A stretch of DNA of 64,000 nucleotides from Candidatus Eiseniibacteriota bacterium (GTDB lineage: Bacteria; Eisenbacteria; RBG-16-71-46). Position numbers and translations under genes: made by a program. The DNA is taken from NCBI GenBank assembly GCA_963744995.1, contig CAVUWA010000010.1, positions 128,001 through 192,000 on the forward strand, written 5' to 3'. This document shows, one piece after another, positions 1 through 10,989 of the stretch. Within the stretch, counting starts at the first letter, position 1. Every line of letters starts with the position of its first letter. The notes under the pieces were generated by a model, which saw only the letters and a program-made list of their open reading frames with translations, was not told the DNA's origin and did not search any database.

Positions 1-46
1 GCGAGCGATGGCTGCGGGACAACGGGTTCCGCGAAGGGCGGTGAAG

Positions 47-1660
47 CTACCACCGGGTTCGATGGCGAGGCAAGCGGGGGCGATTCGGCTCGCCGGAGCC
101 GGTCGAGGCGTGCTCTTCGCGCGGCGCGGGGGTGTTGCGCACGCGCTCGGCGAGCGAATCCGCCCGCGGCACGAACACGGCCTCGGGGCGGCGCCTGAGC
201 CCGGTCACCGGCCAGAACGCCGCGTCGGTGCGAAACGTCTGGTAGCGCGGCTCGTAGGCGGCGGCCACCATCTCGTACAGCCAGTCGCGCGTGTCGAGGA
301 TCACCCAGCCCCAGCGCCGTGCGGCGATCGCCTCCTGGAACTGGTCGCGCAGCCGGACCGCGGTTGAATCGTCACCGCTCTTCGCGACCGCCATGAAAGC
401 CATTTCGTGGAAGTACGTGCGCTTCCCGGCGCGCGCGGTCAGGTACTCGTGGCACGGCACCAGCACGTCGCCGCGGGCCTCGGTCAGGTTGGAGAGCAGC
501 GCCTCGCCGGCGGCGCGGTCGCCGGGCCGCGGCAACTGTGCGAGCGGATCGTAGAGGAGCAGGACGAACTGCAGCGCGACCGCAAACGTCGCGAGCCACG
601 CCACGCGCGCGGCGGCGGGACGGGGCATGGTCTCGGCCCGCGCGAGCACCGCGTCGAAACCGAGCCCGAGCAGCCAGGCCGCAGCCGCGCACGCCGGCAT
701 CAGCACGTTGTCGTACGTGGCGGGATAGGACCGCACCGACCACGACGCCAGCACGAGGCCACCGATCGCCGCCGCCTCGATGCCGCGCGCGGGCCGCGCG
801 GCGGGCGGGAACGTCCAGGCCCACACGCCGCCGAGCGCGCACACGCTGAGCGGCTTGAGGAAGTCCTGGATCCAGAATCGCCCGGCGAGCGCCGGGTCCG
901 GGGCGTAGCGGCTCGCGAGCTCGAACACGTAGTAGCGGAACCAGCCGCCGCTTTCGCGGTCGAACGACACGACCGCGAGCGCGAGCCCGGCGGCGAATGC
1001 TGCGGCGAACCAGAGTCCGCGGCGGCGGTCGGCGACGAGCAGCCACAGCGCCATCGGCAGCAGCGCGACGAGCGCGGACTGCTTGGTGAGCGCCGCGAGC
1101 ACCGCGAGCGCCGCCGCGAGGAGCGGGGCGCGCCGTCGCGAACGGTCGCGCAGCAGCACCGCCATCGCTCCCAGCGTGAGCGCCAGGTGCAGCGAGTCGC
1201 TGCGGGCGAGGTCGAACCAGGCGCCGGCCAGGCGGAACGATGCGAAGAACAGTCCGGCGGCGACCCACCCTGCGGTCGTGCGCCGCGTGGTGCCGCGGAC
1301 GATCACGAACAGCAGGGCGCCGCAGGCGAGCGAGGCTGTGAACGACAGCAGCCGCAGCGGCACGAACCCGTCGCCGATCACGCGGGACAGTGCGGCGCCC
1401 GCCCAGTAGAACAGCGGCGGGTAGTTGAACGGCACGTAGCCGAGCGAGGGCGCCACGTAGAGCGGCCGGCCCTGGAGCACGCGGTGGACCATCGTGAGGG
1501 TGCCCCCCTCGATCCACTCGAGCTCGAACGGGAAGCGCATGCGGACGATCGCGACCCACGCGTAGAGCAGCACGGCCGCGAGCGCCGCCGCCACGGCGAC
1601 GCGCTCGGGCAGCCTGCCCGCGGGCCGGGCCGAGGGCGAACCGGGCCTGGATGCGCGCAA
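47..1660 (-). CDS. Polytopic membrane glycosyltransferase (GT-C, ArnT/PMT-like)
   Basis: Many TM helices; N-terminal loop 'FPFELEWIEGG...YPPLF' and 'ARSDSL', 'TKQ' motifs typical of GT-C enzymes; start uncertain. Confidence 0.7.
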   Translation of the reverse strand: MRASRPGSPSARPAGRLPERVAVAAALAAVLLYAWVAIVRMRFPFELEWIEGGTLTMVHRVLQGRPLYVAPSLGYVPFNYPPLFYWAGAALSRVIGDGFVPLRLLSFTASLACGALLFVIVRGTTRRTTAGWVAAGLFFASFRLAGAWFDLARSDSLHLALTLGAMAVLLRDRSRRRAPLLAAALAVLAALTKQSALVALLPMALWLLVADRRRGLWFAAAFAAGLALAVVSFDRESGGWFRYYVFELASRYAPDPALAGRFWIQDFLKPLSVCALGGVWAWTFPPAARPARGIEAAAIGGLVLASWSVRSYPATYDNVLMPACAAAAWLLGLGFDAVLARAETMPRPAAARVAWLATFAVALQFVLLLYDPLAQLPRPGDRAAGEALLSNLTEARGDVLVPCHEYLTARAGKRTYFHEMAFMAVAKSGDDSTAVRLRDQFQEAIAARRWGWVILDTRDWLYEMVAAAYEPRYQTFRTDAAFWPVTGLRRRPEAVFVPRADSLAERVRNTPAPREEHASTGSGEPNRPRLPRHRTRW

Positions 1661-1974
1661 GGGGAAGCGCTCCGACGCGGTCCCGGCAGCCGCGTCCGTT
1701 CGGGTGATTGCCGCGCGACGACGGCTTCGGCGGCGGGCTTCGGAGGTGAGACGGGACGAGGGCCTGAGAGGGTTGCGCGCGCGGCGACGGCTGCGCGCAG
1801 GGCCGCTACGAGCGCGGCCGCGGCGCGGCCCCGGTCAACCCGGTCCCCGAATCGTCCGGCGGTTCGCCCGCGGCCGGCCGCCCGTGCCCGCCCGGAGCGC
1901 CGCGCGCGCCATGTGGACGAAAGGCCCGTCGTTCGGCACAATCCCAGGCGCCCCTGACTCTTTCCGGAGGTGCC

Positions 1975-4605
1975 ATGCCCCGTCCCCCGTTGCCCCTGCT
2001 GGCCGCCGCCCTGCTGCTTGCTGCCGCGCCGTGGCCTCCCGCGCCCGCGTCCGCCGCTGAGCCTCCCCCGGGCCGCCTCAGCCACGACGTCGTCCCCACG
2101 TTCGAGTCGGTCGAGCTCGACCTGAATGCCACGAAGGCCGACTACGCCGGAAAGGTGCACATCGACCTCGACGTGCGCCGCGCGGTCGACCGCTTTCGCC
2201 TGCACTCCGAAGGCAGCAGGCTCACTTCGGTGATCCTCACCGCGCGCGGCCACACGATCGCGGTCACGCCGAGCGAGGTGAGCCACGGCCTCTGGGAGCT
2301 GCGCGCGGCGGCGCCGCTGCCGCGCGGTCGCGCGGCGCTCGATATCGCATTCACCAACGACTTCGACACGCACGGCTCGGGGCTCTACCGGCTCGAGAGC
2401 GGCGGCGACTGGTACTCGTTCACCCAGTTCGAAGCCACCGACGCGCGCGAAGCGTTTCCGTGCTTCGACGAGCCCGAGTTCAAGATCCCGTGGCAGATGA
2501 CGCTGGTCGTGCCGAAGGCGAGCGTGGCCATCACCAACATGCCGCCGCTCTCCGAAAAGAGCGAGGGCGACAGCCGGCGCATCGTCTACAGGCGCACGCC
2601 GCCGATGCCTTCCTACCTGCTCGCCGTGTGCACGGGACCGTTCGAGACCGTCGACGTGCCCGGCACGAAGATCCCCACGCGGATCGTCGTGGCGCGCGGC
2701 CAGACCGGACTCACCGGTCATGCACGGCAGGTGGTGGGCCCGCTGCTGGCCGGGCTCGAGCGCTACTTCGGGCGCCCCTATCCGTACGACAAGCTCGACC
2801 TGATCGCGGTGCCCGAATACTGGTACGGCGCGATGGAGAACCCGGGCGCCATCGTGTTCGTCGACAACCTGCTCCTGCTGCCCGAGGACGCCGGGGTCGG
2901 CCAGCGGCGCCGGCTTGCCAGCGTCACCTGTCACGAGATGGCGCACATGTGGTTCGGCGATCTGGTCACGATGAAGTGGTGGGACGACCTGTGGCTCAAC
3001 GAGTCGTTCGCGACGTGGATGGGCAACAAGGTCGTGGACGAGGTGTACCCGGATCTGCAGACCGGGCTGAACAGCATGGATGGGGTCGATCGCGCGAAGC
3101 AGACCGACGCGGGCGGCGCCACGCGGGCGATGCGCAAGCCGGTGGACGTCGCCGACAACCTCGATCAACTCGCCGACGCCCTGGCCTACAACAAGGGCCA
3201 CGCGGTGCTGATGATGTTCGAGCAGTGGCTGACGCCCGAAGTGTTCCAGAAGGGCGTGCGCCTCTACATCCGCCAGAACGCGTGGAAGAACGCCGAGGCG
3301 GCCGACCTGTGGAACGCGCTGTCGCGCGTTTCCGGCAAGGACGTCGGCGGCGCCATGGCGACGTTCCTCAATCAGCCGGGCGTGCCGCTGGTGACGGTCG
3401 AGCCGGGCGAGGGAGCGGCCGTCACGCTGACCCAGCGCCGCTTCACCCACGCCGGCGTCGAGACGAAGCCCGGGCTGTGGAAGATTCCGGTCACGCTGCG
3501 CTACTCGGACGGCGGTCCCTCGCATACGACGACCGTCCTGCTCGACCGGCCGTCGATGACCGTTACGCTCCCGGGCGTGACGAAGACCGCCTGGATCTTC
3601 CCCAACGCGGGCGGCGTCGGCTACTACCGCTGGCTGCTTCCGCCCGCGGCCCTCGACGCGCTGGTCGCGAACGCCGGCGCCGGCCTCGATGTCGCCGAGC
3701 GGCGCGGCATGGTGTCCGACCTGCTGGCGCTGTTCGAAGGCGGCGAGGTGGACGCCGACCGGTTCCTCGCCGCGCTCGGCCGCTGCGGCGCCGATCCGGA
3801 TCCGGTCGTGATCGGCGAGGTGCTGGACGTGCTGCAGACCGTGCGCCAGCGCTTCTGGTCGCCGGACATGGATCGCCCGCTCGCCGCCTATGTGCGCGCC
3901 ACGCTGCGCCCGGCGGTCGAGCGCTTCGGCTACGAGCGGCGTCCCGGCGACCCCGAGAGCGTGCGCAATCTGCGGCCGCAGCTGCTGGAGCACATGGCCG
4001 ATGCGGGCCATGACGTCGTCGCGCTTGCGCAGGGCGAGGCGCTCACGGACGCGTTCTTCCAGGACGAGGATCTCGTCGACCCGTCGATGCTCGACGTCGC
4101 CCTGCGGGTGGCTGCGATTCGCGGCGATCGCGGCCGTTACGACGCCTACCGCGAGCGCTTCGAGACCACTCGCCTTCCCACCGAGCGCGCCGCACTGCTG
4201 AGCGCGATGGCCCGCTTCGGCGACGACGCGATCGAACGCGACGCCCTCGCCTACGCGCTCGACGGTCCGCTGCGCGCCCAGGAGCTGAGCCACTTCCTGC
4301 GCACGATGGCCACGGACCCGGCGCGGCGGGCCATGCTGTTCGACTGGATCCGCGATCACTACGATGCGGTCGTCGCGCGCATTCCCGACATCCAGCGGAC
4401 CCGCATCACGAATCTGATGAACGGCTGCTCGCAGGAGCGGCTGGATGCGATCGAGACCTTCTACGCCCAGCCCGGTCACCGGCCGATCGGGATCGAGGTC
4501 GCGCTCGACAAGCTCCGTGCCCGGTTCACCGAATGCATGGCCCTGCGCGCGCGCGACGGCGCCGCGGTGAAGGCCTACCTCGACTCGCACATGGCGGCGC
4601 GCTGA
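1975..4605 (+). CDS. pepN: M1 family zinc aminopeptidase with ERAP1-like C-terminal domain, signal peptide
   Basis: GAMEN and HEMAH-x18-E (WLNES) motifs, AYNKG; GGAGG RBS before ATG. Confidence 0.93.
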   Translation: MPRPPLPLLAAALLLAAAPWPPAPASAAEPPPGRLSHDVVPTFESVELDLNATKADYAGKVHIDLDVRRAVDRFRLHSEGSRLTSVILTARGHTIAVTPSEVSHGLWELRAAAPLPRGRAALDIAFTNDFDTHGSGLYRLESGGDWYSFTQFEATDAREAFPCFDEPEFKIPWQMTLVVPKASVAITNMPPLSEKSEGDSRRIVYRRTPPMPSYLLAVCTGPFETVDVPGTKIPTRIVVARGQTGLTGHARQVVGPLLAGLERYFGRPYPYDKLDLIAVPEYWYGAMENPGAIVFVDNLLLLPEDAGVGQRRRLASVTCHEMAHMWFGDLVTMKWWDDLWLNESFATWMGNKVVDEVYPDLQTGLNSMDGVDRAKQTDAGGATRAMRKPVDVADNLDQLADALAYNKGHAVLMMFEQWLTPEVFQKGVRLYIRQNAWKNAEAADLWNALSRVSGKDVGGAMATFLNQPGVPLVTVEPGEGAAVTLTQRRFTHAGVETKPGLWKIPVTLRYSDGGPSHTTTVLLDRPSMTVTLPGVTKTAWIFPNAGGVGYYRWLLPPAALDALVANAGAGLDVAERRGMVSDLLALFEGGEVDADRFLAALGRCGADPDPVVIGEVLDVLQTVRQRFWSPDMDRPLAAYVRATLRPAVERFGYERRPGDPESVRNLRPQLLEHMADAGHDVVALAQGEALTDAFFQDEDLVDPSMLDVALRVAAIRGDRGRYDAYRERFETTRLPTERAALLSAMARFGDDAIERDALAYALDGPLRAQELSHFLRTMATDPARRAMLFDWIRDHYDAVVARIPDIQRTRITNLMNGCSQERLDAIETFYAQPGHRPIGIEVALDKLRARFTECMALRARDGAAVKAYLDSHMAAR

Positions 4606-4681
4606 ACCCGGGCGGCGCGGCGGGCCCGGCCATGCCCGGGCTCGCTGCGGGCGCCGCTGCGGACGGGCCGGTGCGCGGCGC

Positions 4682-5557
4682 CTAGAACAGCGTGGTCTGA
4701 TCGATGCGGCCGAGTTTCCGCGCACGGTGCTCGGCCGCCGCGTAGCCCCAGCGCGAGGCGATCGAGAACACGAGCGCGGTGACGGCCAGCATCGTCAGCA
4801 GCCCGCCGTCCGACCATGCGGCGAGCCGCGCGCTGGCGCCGTGGCCGATCAGGAAGCGTCTGAGCGCCTCGTACCACCACGTGAAAGGCAGCGCGAGGGT
4901 CACGCCCTGCAGCCAGCCCGGCAGCAGGTCGATCGGGAAGATCACGCCGGCGAGCAGGTAGAGCGAGATGCCGACGCTTTCGTTGAGGCTCATCGCGGCC
5001 TGCGGCAGCAGCAGCGCGGCGCCCGCGAGCAGAAACCCGCAGTGCACGACCGCCACGAGCCCGAGCGCGAGCGCCAGCACCAGCGGTCCCCACGCGACCG
5101 CGGACCAGTCCCAGGTCAGGTGCAGCAGCCACCAGCCCATCGCGAGCACCAGCACCACGCTCACCGAGGCCTGCACGAACTTGATCAGGGTGCGGCCCCA
5201 GAGGTAGGTGAACATCCCGATCGGCGCCGTGACGATCTGCCGCAGCGTCTCGTACTGCTCGCGGTCGTCCACCACCACCCAGCCCATGGCCACGACCATC
5301 CGGTTCACGTATTCGTGGAACGCGTTCGCGATCCAGAACAGGATGAACGTCTCCTTCTGCGGCGCGCCGCCGGAGACCGCCCAGTACATGCCGGCGAGGA
5401 TCAGCGCCAGCGCGAGCGGCTTCGCCACCGAGTAGAGCAGGAACACGAACGGGTCGGCCCAGTTGGCCTCGACCTTCCAGCCGAGCCACGCGGCTGTGCG
5501 GGCGTTCACCGCGAACGCGCGCCAGCCGGTCCCGCGCACGGCGGTCTCCGGCGTCAC
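4682..5557 (-). CDS. ABC-2 type transporter permease
   Basis: About 6 TM helices, 'LAGVIFPIDLLPGWLQ..LPFTW' motif; GTG start overlapping the upstream TGA (alternative ATG at 5563). Confidence 0.85.
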   Translation of the reverse strand: MTPETAVRGTGWRAFAVNARTAAWLGWKVEANWADPFVFLLYSVAKPLALALILAGMYWAVSGGAPQKETFILFWIANAFHEYVNRMVVAMGWVVVDDREQYETLRQIVTAPIGMFTYLWGRTLIKFVQASVSVVLVLAMGWWLLHLTWDWSAVAWGPLVLALALGLVAVVHCGFLLAGAALLLPQAAMSLNESVGISLYLLAGVIFPIDLLPGWLQGVTLALPFTWWYEALRRFLIGHGASARLAAWSDGGLLTMLAVTALVFSIASRWGYAAAEHRARKLGRIDQTTLF

Positions 5558-6378
5558 TGCCATCGCTGGGTCAGCTTGCCCTCGCGCTTCGCGAGGCGTT
5601 CGAGGTGGGCCATGCTGAAGCGGGCCCCCGCGAACAGGAGGACGCCCATCACGGCGAGGACCGCCGTCTCGGTCCACATCGGGAACACGCCGAGCGCGAG
5701 CTCACCGAGCAGCACCTGGCGCATCGCGTCGACGCCGAGCGCGAGCGGCACGATTCCGGTCGCTACGGCACCGAATACGCCGAGCGAGCGCATCGGGAAG
5801 TAGAGGCCCGAGACGAAGTAGACCGGCTCCTGGAGCGCGGTCGCGTAGTGCCATGCTTCACGTCCGTGGAGCAGGAACAGCGAGGCCAGAATCATGCCGA
5901 GCGAATAGAGCGCGGCCATCGTCACCAGAAATACCAGGAGCAGCGCGAACGGATCGAACGGCCCCACGCGGATGCCCAGCACGCCGAAGCCGATGGCGAT
6001 GCTGATCAGCGCGCGCGGGATCGTCATGACCAGACCGCCGAACGCCATCCCCGACAGAATCGACATGCGGTCGCACGGGGCTGCGAAGTAGAGCGCCAAC
6101 TGTCCCTGCTGCTTCTCCCAGTAGAGCTGCGCGCCCATCGACCACAGCACGTTCAGCCAGAATACCGACAGCACGCCGCCGAGCACGGCGATCGTTTCGT
6201 ACTGCGCAGGCGCGCCGAGTGCGCGGTACAGCATCACGTAGGCGGCCATCGCCAGCGACGGCAGCACGCCCTCGGTCAGGGCCCACATCGGCTCGCGCAC
6301 CGCGGCGACCAGGCGCACATAGGCCCGCGCCCACGCCGCGCGCGCGTTCAGCGCCAACCACGCCGACCCGCGGCTCAC
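5554..6378 (-). CDS. ABC-2 type transporter permease
   Basis: Hydrophobic, 'FVSGLYFPM' motif, translationally coupled to the ATPase. Confidence 0.85.
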   Translation of the reverse strand: MSRGSAWLALNARAAWARAYVRLVAAVREPMWALTEGVLPSLAMAAYVMLYRALGAPAQYETIAVLGGVLSVFWLNVLWSMGAQLYWEKQQGQLALYFAAPCDRMSILSGMAFGGLVMTIPRALISIAIGFGVLGIRVGPFDPFALLLVFLVTMAALYSLGMILASLFLLHGREAWHYATALQEPVYFVSGLYFPMRSLGVFGAVATGIVPLALGVDAMRQVLLGELALGVFPMWTETAVLAVMGVLLFAGARFSMAHLERLAKREGKLTQRWQ

Positions 6379-7379
6379 GCGCTGCCCTCGTCATCGAGAC
6401 CGCGGCCGACGATCTGGATGAACACGTCCTCGAGCGTCGTCTCGCGCGTGGCCACGCCCGCGACCCGCACCGCGTGCGACTCCAGTCCCTTCAGCACATC
6501 GACCAGCGGGCGCCCCTCGGGCAGGTGGAACTTGAGCGTCATCGTGCCGCGTTCGGGATGCGGCGCCCCCCACGCGCCCTGCAGCCCGGCGATCGCCTCG
6601 AGATCGGGGCGCGCGTCCGAGGCCGTGACCTCGAGCTCGACGTGGCTGCCCCCCTGCACGCGGCGCCTGAGTCCCTGCGGGCTGTCGGCGGCCAGCAGCC
6701 GCCCGCGGTCGATGATCGCGATGCGGTCGCACAGCTCGTCGGCTTCCGCCATGTAGTGCGTCGTGAGCAGCACGGTGCGCCCCGCCCGCGCACGCACCCA
6801 GCGCGCGACGTACGCGCGCAGGTCGCGTGCCGCATTCACGTCCATGCCGAGCGTCGGTTCGTCCAGGAACAGCACCTCGGGATCGCTCACGAAGCCGCGC
6901 GCGAAGTTCATGCGCTGGCGCTGGCCGGTCGACAGCCGGTTGAGCCGCGCATGCGCGTATTCGCCCAGTCCCGCGACCTCGATCAGCCCGTCGACGCGCC
7001 GCCACGCCTCCGCCCCGGGTACGCCGTAGAACTGCGAGAACATCCACAGGCATTCGCGCACCGTCAGGATGCCGTAGCCGCTGGTCTCGCCCCCCGAGAC
7101 CAGCGCGATGCGCCGCCGCACCTCCTGGTCCTCGCGCACCACGTCGAAGCCGGCGACCCGCGCCGTGCCGCCGGTCGGGAACAGCAGCGTGTTGAGAATC
7201 TTGATGCAGGTCGTCTTGCCGGCGCCGTTCGGTCCGAGCAGGCCGAAGATCTCGCCACGCTCGATGGTGAGATCGATGCCGGCGAGGGCGTGAACGTCGC
7301 GCTTCGCCTTCGGATCGCGGAACACGCGGGTGAGTCCGCGGGCTTCGACCGCGGGCGTGGATGGAGGGGCGGAGGGCAT
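6375..7379 (-). CDS. ABC transporter ATP-binding protein (DrrA-like)
   Basis: Walker A GPNGAGKTT, signature LSTGQRQR, Walker B LFLDEPT, H-loop TTHY; real start at MPSAPP. Confidence 0.93.
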   Translation of the reverse strand: MPSAPPSTPAVEARGLTRVFRDPKAKRDVHALAGIDLTIERGEIFGLLGPNGAGKTTCIKILNTLLFPTGGTARVAGFDVVREDQEVRRRIALVSGGETSGYGILTVRECLWMFSQFYGVPGAEAWRRVDGLIEVAGLGEYAHARLNRLSTGQRQRMNFARGFVSDPEVLFLDEPTLGMDVNAARDLRAYVARWVRARAGRTVLLTTHYMAEADELCDRIAIIDRGRLLAADSPQGLRRRVQGGSHVELEVTASDARPDLEAIAGLQGAWGAPHPERGTMTLKFHLPEGRPLVDVLKGLESHAVRVAGVATRETTLEDVFIQIVGRGLDDEGSA

Positions 7380-7537
7380 GGCGGCCGAAGCTAGCCTCCG
7401 GCCTGCGGGCCCCGCAAGCGGGTCGCGGCGCATGCGCCGGAACCGGGAACCCGGGCGGTGGCCGGGTTCGCAGCCTCTGGAGCGGACCGCGTCGAATTCC
7501 TGCGGCGCCGCAGCCGCGGGGGCCGGGCCCGCCGGCT

Positions 7538-10309
7538 CTATTCGGGTTCGGCCGGGTCCTGCGACGGCCCGTCCAGCACCTCGCGCACCCGCGCGGCGAG
7601 GGTTTCGAGCGAGAATGGTTTCTGCAGAAACGCCGAGGCGCGCCGGCGCACGCCGTGGCGCACGATCGAATCGTCGGTGTAGCCGGAGACGAACAGGACG
7701 CGCACGCCGGGCCGCATCGCGGCGAGCTTCTCGGCCAGCTCGCCGCCGCCCATGCGCGGCATCACCACGTCGCTCACCAGCATGTGAATCGGTCCCTCGA
7801 ACGCCGCTGCGGCGCGCAGCGCCGCCACCCCGTCCGCGGCTTCGATCACGCGGTAGCCGCGCGCCTCCAGCACCTCGCGGGCGAGCGAACGCACCGAGTC
7901 CTCGTCCTCGACCAGCAGGATCGTCTCCACCCCGGCGCGTGCGGGCCGCGCCGACGCCGGCTCGGTCGCGGCGGGCTCGTCCTCGACCGCGAGCGGCAGG
8001 TAGACCTTGAACGTGGTCCCCACGTCCGGCTCGCTGTACACCCACACGTGACCCTGGGCCTGTTCGGCGATGCCGTAGACGGTCGACAGCCCGAGGCCCG
8101 TGCCCTTGCCCTGCTCCTTGGTGGTGAAGAACGGTTCGAACGCATGGGCCAGAGTTTCGGCGTCCATCCCGACGCCGGTGTCCGCGACCGCGATCACCGC
8201 ATAACGGCCGGGCTGGACCCGCGGATGCTGGCGGGCGTAGTCCTCGTCGAGCTCGGTCGCAGCGATCTCGATCGTCAGACGGCCGCCGGTCGGCATCGCG
8301 TCGCGTGCGTTGATGGCGAGGTTCATGAGGATCTGTTCCATCTGACTGCGATCCGCGTGCGTCCGCACCGGCGTGGTGGCCGGGATCGTCACGAGCTCGA
8401 TGTCCTCGCCGATCAGACGGTGCAGCAGCTCGTCCAGCGCCATCATCACCGCGTTCAGATCGATCACCCGGGGCGCCAGCACTTCCTTGCGACTGAACGA
8501 CAGCAGCTGGCGCGTGAGCATCGCGCCGCGGACCCCGGCCTTCTGAATCTCTTCGGCGTTGCGGCGCAGCGGGTGATCCGGCGGCAGCTCGCTCATCATG
8601 AGCTCGCCGTGACCGAGAATGGCCGCCAGCAGATTGTTGAAGTCGTGCGCGACGCCGCCGGCGAGCCGGCCGATCGCCTCCATGCGCTGTGCGTGGCGCA
8701 GCTGCATTTCCAGCGAGCGGCGTTCGCTGATGTCGGTGGCGACGCCGATCAGGCCCGACACTTCGCCGCGCTCGTCGAACGACGGGGTGTAGTGGGTTTC
8801 GAACAGCAGTGGACCGACCGGGACCGTGGCCATGAACGACTCGCCGCGGAACGCACGGCGCAGCGAATTCAGCACCTCGGGCTGATCGCGGTAGAGCTCC
8901 CACGCCGACTGCCCCACGGCTTCGCCCGGACGGAGGCCGAGCGTCTGCAGGCCGCGGCCCTCGGAGAGCGTGAAGGTGCCGTGGCGGTCGATGCTGAAGA
9001 GGATGATCGGGGCATTGGCCACCACCGCCTGCAGCCGCGTCTCGGCCTCGAACAGCGCTTCGCGCACGCGCATGCTGTCGGTGATGTCCTCGAAGTCGAC
9101 CATGACGACCTCCTGCCCGGCGAGGTCGTAACGCGTGCCCGACACCACCGCTTCGCGCGCGCTGCCGTCGGCGGTCCGCACCGAACAGGGCTGCGGGGCG
9201 AGGCTGCCCGTGGTGAAGGCCTCCTCGTAGGTCGGACCGAGGTGCGTCCAGTCCTCCTCCGGATGCAGGTCGTCGAGGCGCATGCGGTGCAGGGCTTCGC
9301 GGGGATGGCCGGTCATCCGGCTCGCCATCGGATTCGAGAGCAGGATCCGGCGGGTCGCGGGCTCCACCATCAGGATCGCCTTCGCGCTCCGTTCGAACAG
9401 CAGCCGGTAGCGCGACTCCGACTTGCGCACGGTCTCGAGGTCGCTCAGGTCCTGGATCATCACCATGACTTCGTACGGCAGTCCGTCGGGCCCCTTGATC
9501 GGCAGCGCGCTCAGGTAATGGCTGTGTGCTTCGCCGGCCTCGACGATGCGGAATTCACGATGCCGGACGTCGTTGGTCTCGAGCGCGCCGCGCACCGGGC
9601 AGTCGCGGCACTCCGATTCGCCCTCGCAGGCGCCGTAGCCGGCACAGACCGCATGGCAGCCCAGTCCGATCCAGCTCGCGCCGTCGGGCCCGGGCGGCGG
9701 CTCCGCGCTCATGATGCTGTTGGTCCAGCGGATGCGCCGCGCGGTGTCGGTCACGAACACGCGCGCGTCGAAGCGGTGCACGATGGCGGCGAACTTCTGG
9801 CGCTCGCGGTCGAGCACGCGCAGCTGCTCGTCGAGACGATGGAACCAGCGTTCGTACTGGGCGCGCGTGGCGTTGCCGCGATCCGCCTCACGCTCGTGCG
9901 CGAGACGCAGCGCGAGAAGGTCCAGCAGCGGCTCGAGCCGGTCGATCGCCGACGTGCGCCCGGCTTCCGTCCCGGACCACAGGAGAACCCCCTGGCGCTC
10001 GCCCGCGGCCTCGAGCGGCCGCACCGCGACCGGCGCCCCGTCGCGCACCCGATCCGGAGTCTGCGGCCACGCCGCGGCGCGCAGGAGCCACAGGGCGCGC
10101 TCGGCGTCCGCCAGCGGCGCCGGATGCCAGAACTCGCGCCATGCCGCGCCGTCGTCGGGAAGGACCAGCGCCACGTGCCGGGTCCGCAGCGCCGCGGCGA
10201 TCTCGGCGAGGACGGCGTCCATCGCGTCCTCGAGCCGCGCGGTCTCCCGCAGCAGCCGGCGCACGTCGAACGCGTGCTCCGGCTGTTCGGCGCGTCCTGC
10301 GAGCCCCAT
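7538..10309 (-). CDS. Hybrid sensor histidine kinase (multi-PAS, HisKA, HATPase, receiver)
   Basis: '[12 protein letters not shown]' H-box, 'NARDAM' N-box, '[16 protein letters not shown]', receiver 'LLVEDE...SDVVMP...KPF'. Confidence 0.93.
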   Translation of the reverse strand: MGLAGRAEQPEHAFDVRRLLRETARLEDAMDAVLAEIAAALRTRHVALVLPDDGAAWREFWHPAPLADAERALWLLRAAAWPQTPDRVRDGAPVAVRPLEAAGERQGVLLWSGTEAGRTSAIDRLEPLLDLLALRLAHEREADRGNATRAQYERWFHRLDEQLRVLDRERQKFAAIVHRFDARVFVTDTARRIRWTNSIMSAEPPPGPDGASWIGLGCHAVCAGYGACEGESECRDCPVRGALETNDVRHREFRIVEAGEAHSHYLSALPIKGPDGLPYEVMVMIQDLSDLETVRKSESRYRLLFERSAKAILMVEPATRRILLSNPMASRMTGHPREALHRMRLDDLHPEEDWTHLGPTYEEAFTTGSLAPQPCSVRTADGSAREAVVSGTRYDLAGQEVVMVDFEDITDSMRVREALFEAETRLQAVVANAPIILFSIDRHGTFTLSEGRGLQTLGLRPGEAVGQSAWELYRDQPEVLNSLRRAFRGESFMATVPVGPLLFETHYTPSFDERGEVSGLIGVATDISERRSLEMQLRHAQRMEAIGRLAGGVAHDFNNLLAAILGHGELMMSELPPDHPLRRNAEEIQKAGVRGAMLTRQLLSFSRKEVLAPRVIDLNAVMMALDELLHRLIGEDIELVTIPATTPVRTHADRSQMEQILMNLAINARDAMPTGGRLTIEIAATELDEDYARQHPRVQPGRYAVIAVADTGVGMDAETLAHAFEPFFTTKEQGKGTGLGLSTVYGIAEQAQGHVWVYSEPDVGTTFKVYLPLAVEDEPAATEPASARPARAGVETILLVEDEDSVRSLAREVLEARGYRVIEAADGVAALRAAAAFEGPIHMLVSDVVMPRMGGGELAEKLAAMRPGVRVLFVSGYTDDSIVRHGVRRRASAFLQKPFSLETLAARVREVLDGPSQDPAEPE

Positions 10310-10325
10310 GTCGATCGGACTCCGC

Positions 10326-10805
10326 CTAGGAGGCGGCCCGCTGCGCGCGCTCGGCGAATACCGGGGCCAGCCAGTCGGCCACCCGTTGAACCATCTGGAC
10401 CGCCGCGTCGTCGAAAGCCGCCACCTCGTGGCTGTCGATGTCGATCTGGGCGTAGATGGCGTCGTCGAGGCGGATCAGCACCACGAGCTCGGAACGCGTC
10501 TCGGTGCTGCACGCGAGGTAGTTCGAGATCCGGCGCACGTCCGGGATGTTGAGGTTGCGGCGCTCCGCCACGGCGGTGCCGCATACGCCCTGACCCACGC
10601 CGATGAACACGTGGTCGGTGGGTGCGCCGACGAACGGCCCGAGCCGCAGCACCTCGTCGGGAAAGAGCTCATAGATCCCGGTCCAGTGGAACCGCGAATT
10701 CAGGAGGTGGAGGCCGGTGACCGCCGCCTCGAGCAGCGCCTCGAACGAGGTGCCGCGCGCCCGCAGTCGGTCCAGTCTCTCGATGAGACGGTCGAGATCG
10801 TCCAT
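10326..10805 (-). CDS. GAF-domain protein, free methionine-R-sulfoxide reductase (fRMsr/MsrC)-like
   Basis: 'LGPFVG...GQGVCG...DV...YLAC...SELV...DIDS' pattern of the YebR/fRMsr family. Confidence 0.8.
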   Translation of the reverse strand: MDDLDRLIERLDRLRARGTSFEALLEAAVTGLHLLNSRFHWTGIYELFPDEVLRLGPFVGAPTDHVFIGVGQGVCGTAVAERRNLNIPDVRRISNYLACSTETRSELVVLIRLDDAIYAQIDIDSHEVAAFDDAAVQMVQRVADWLAPVFAERAQRAAS

Positions 10806-10989
10806 GATCGTGCTCTCCCGAAGGGCTCGATGGCCGGCATTCGTCGATGAGGTGGTCCCGGTTCATTTTCGGCAGGAAGCCTGACGGCCTTTACCGCGAG
10901 TTGGGACGGACGGGCGGCGGCAGCGCGGGGCGGCCCGGGCGCCCGCCCGGGTGCGGGTGGGCGTGCAGGCGGTTCCGGCGGCGCGGGCG

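Noticed and set aside
1378..4725. 1115-aa minus-strand ORF
   Set aside because: Antisense shadow of pepN caused by high-GC codon bias; Arg/Ala-rich with no motifs
7361..10552. 1063-aa plus-strand ORF
   Set aside because: Antisense shadow of the hybrid kinase
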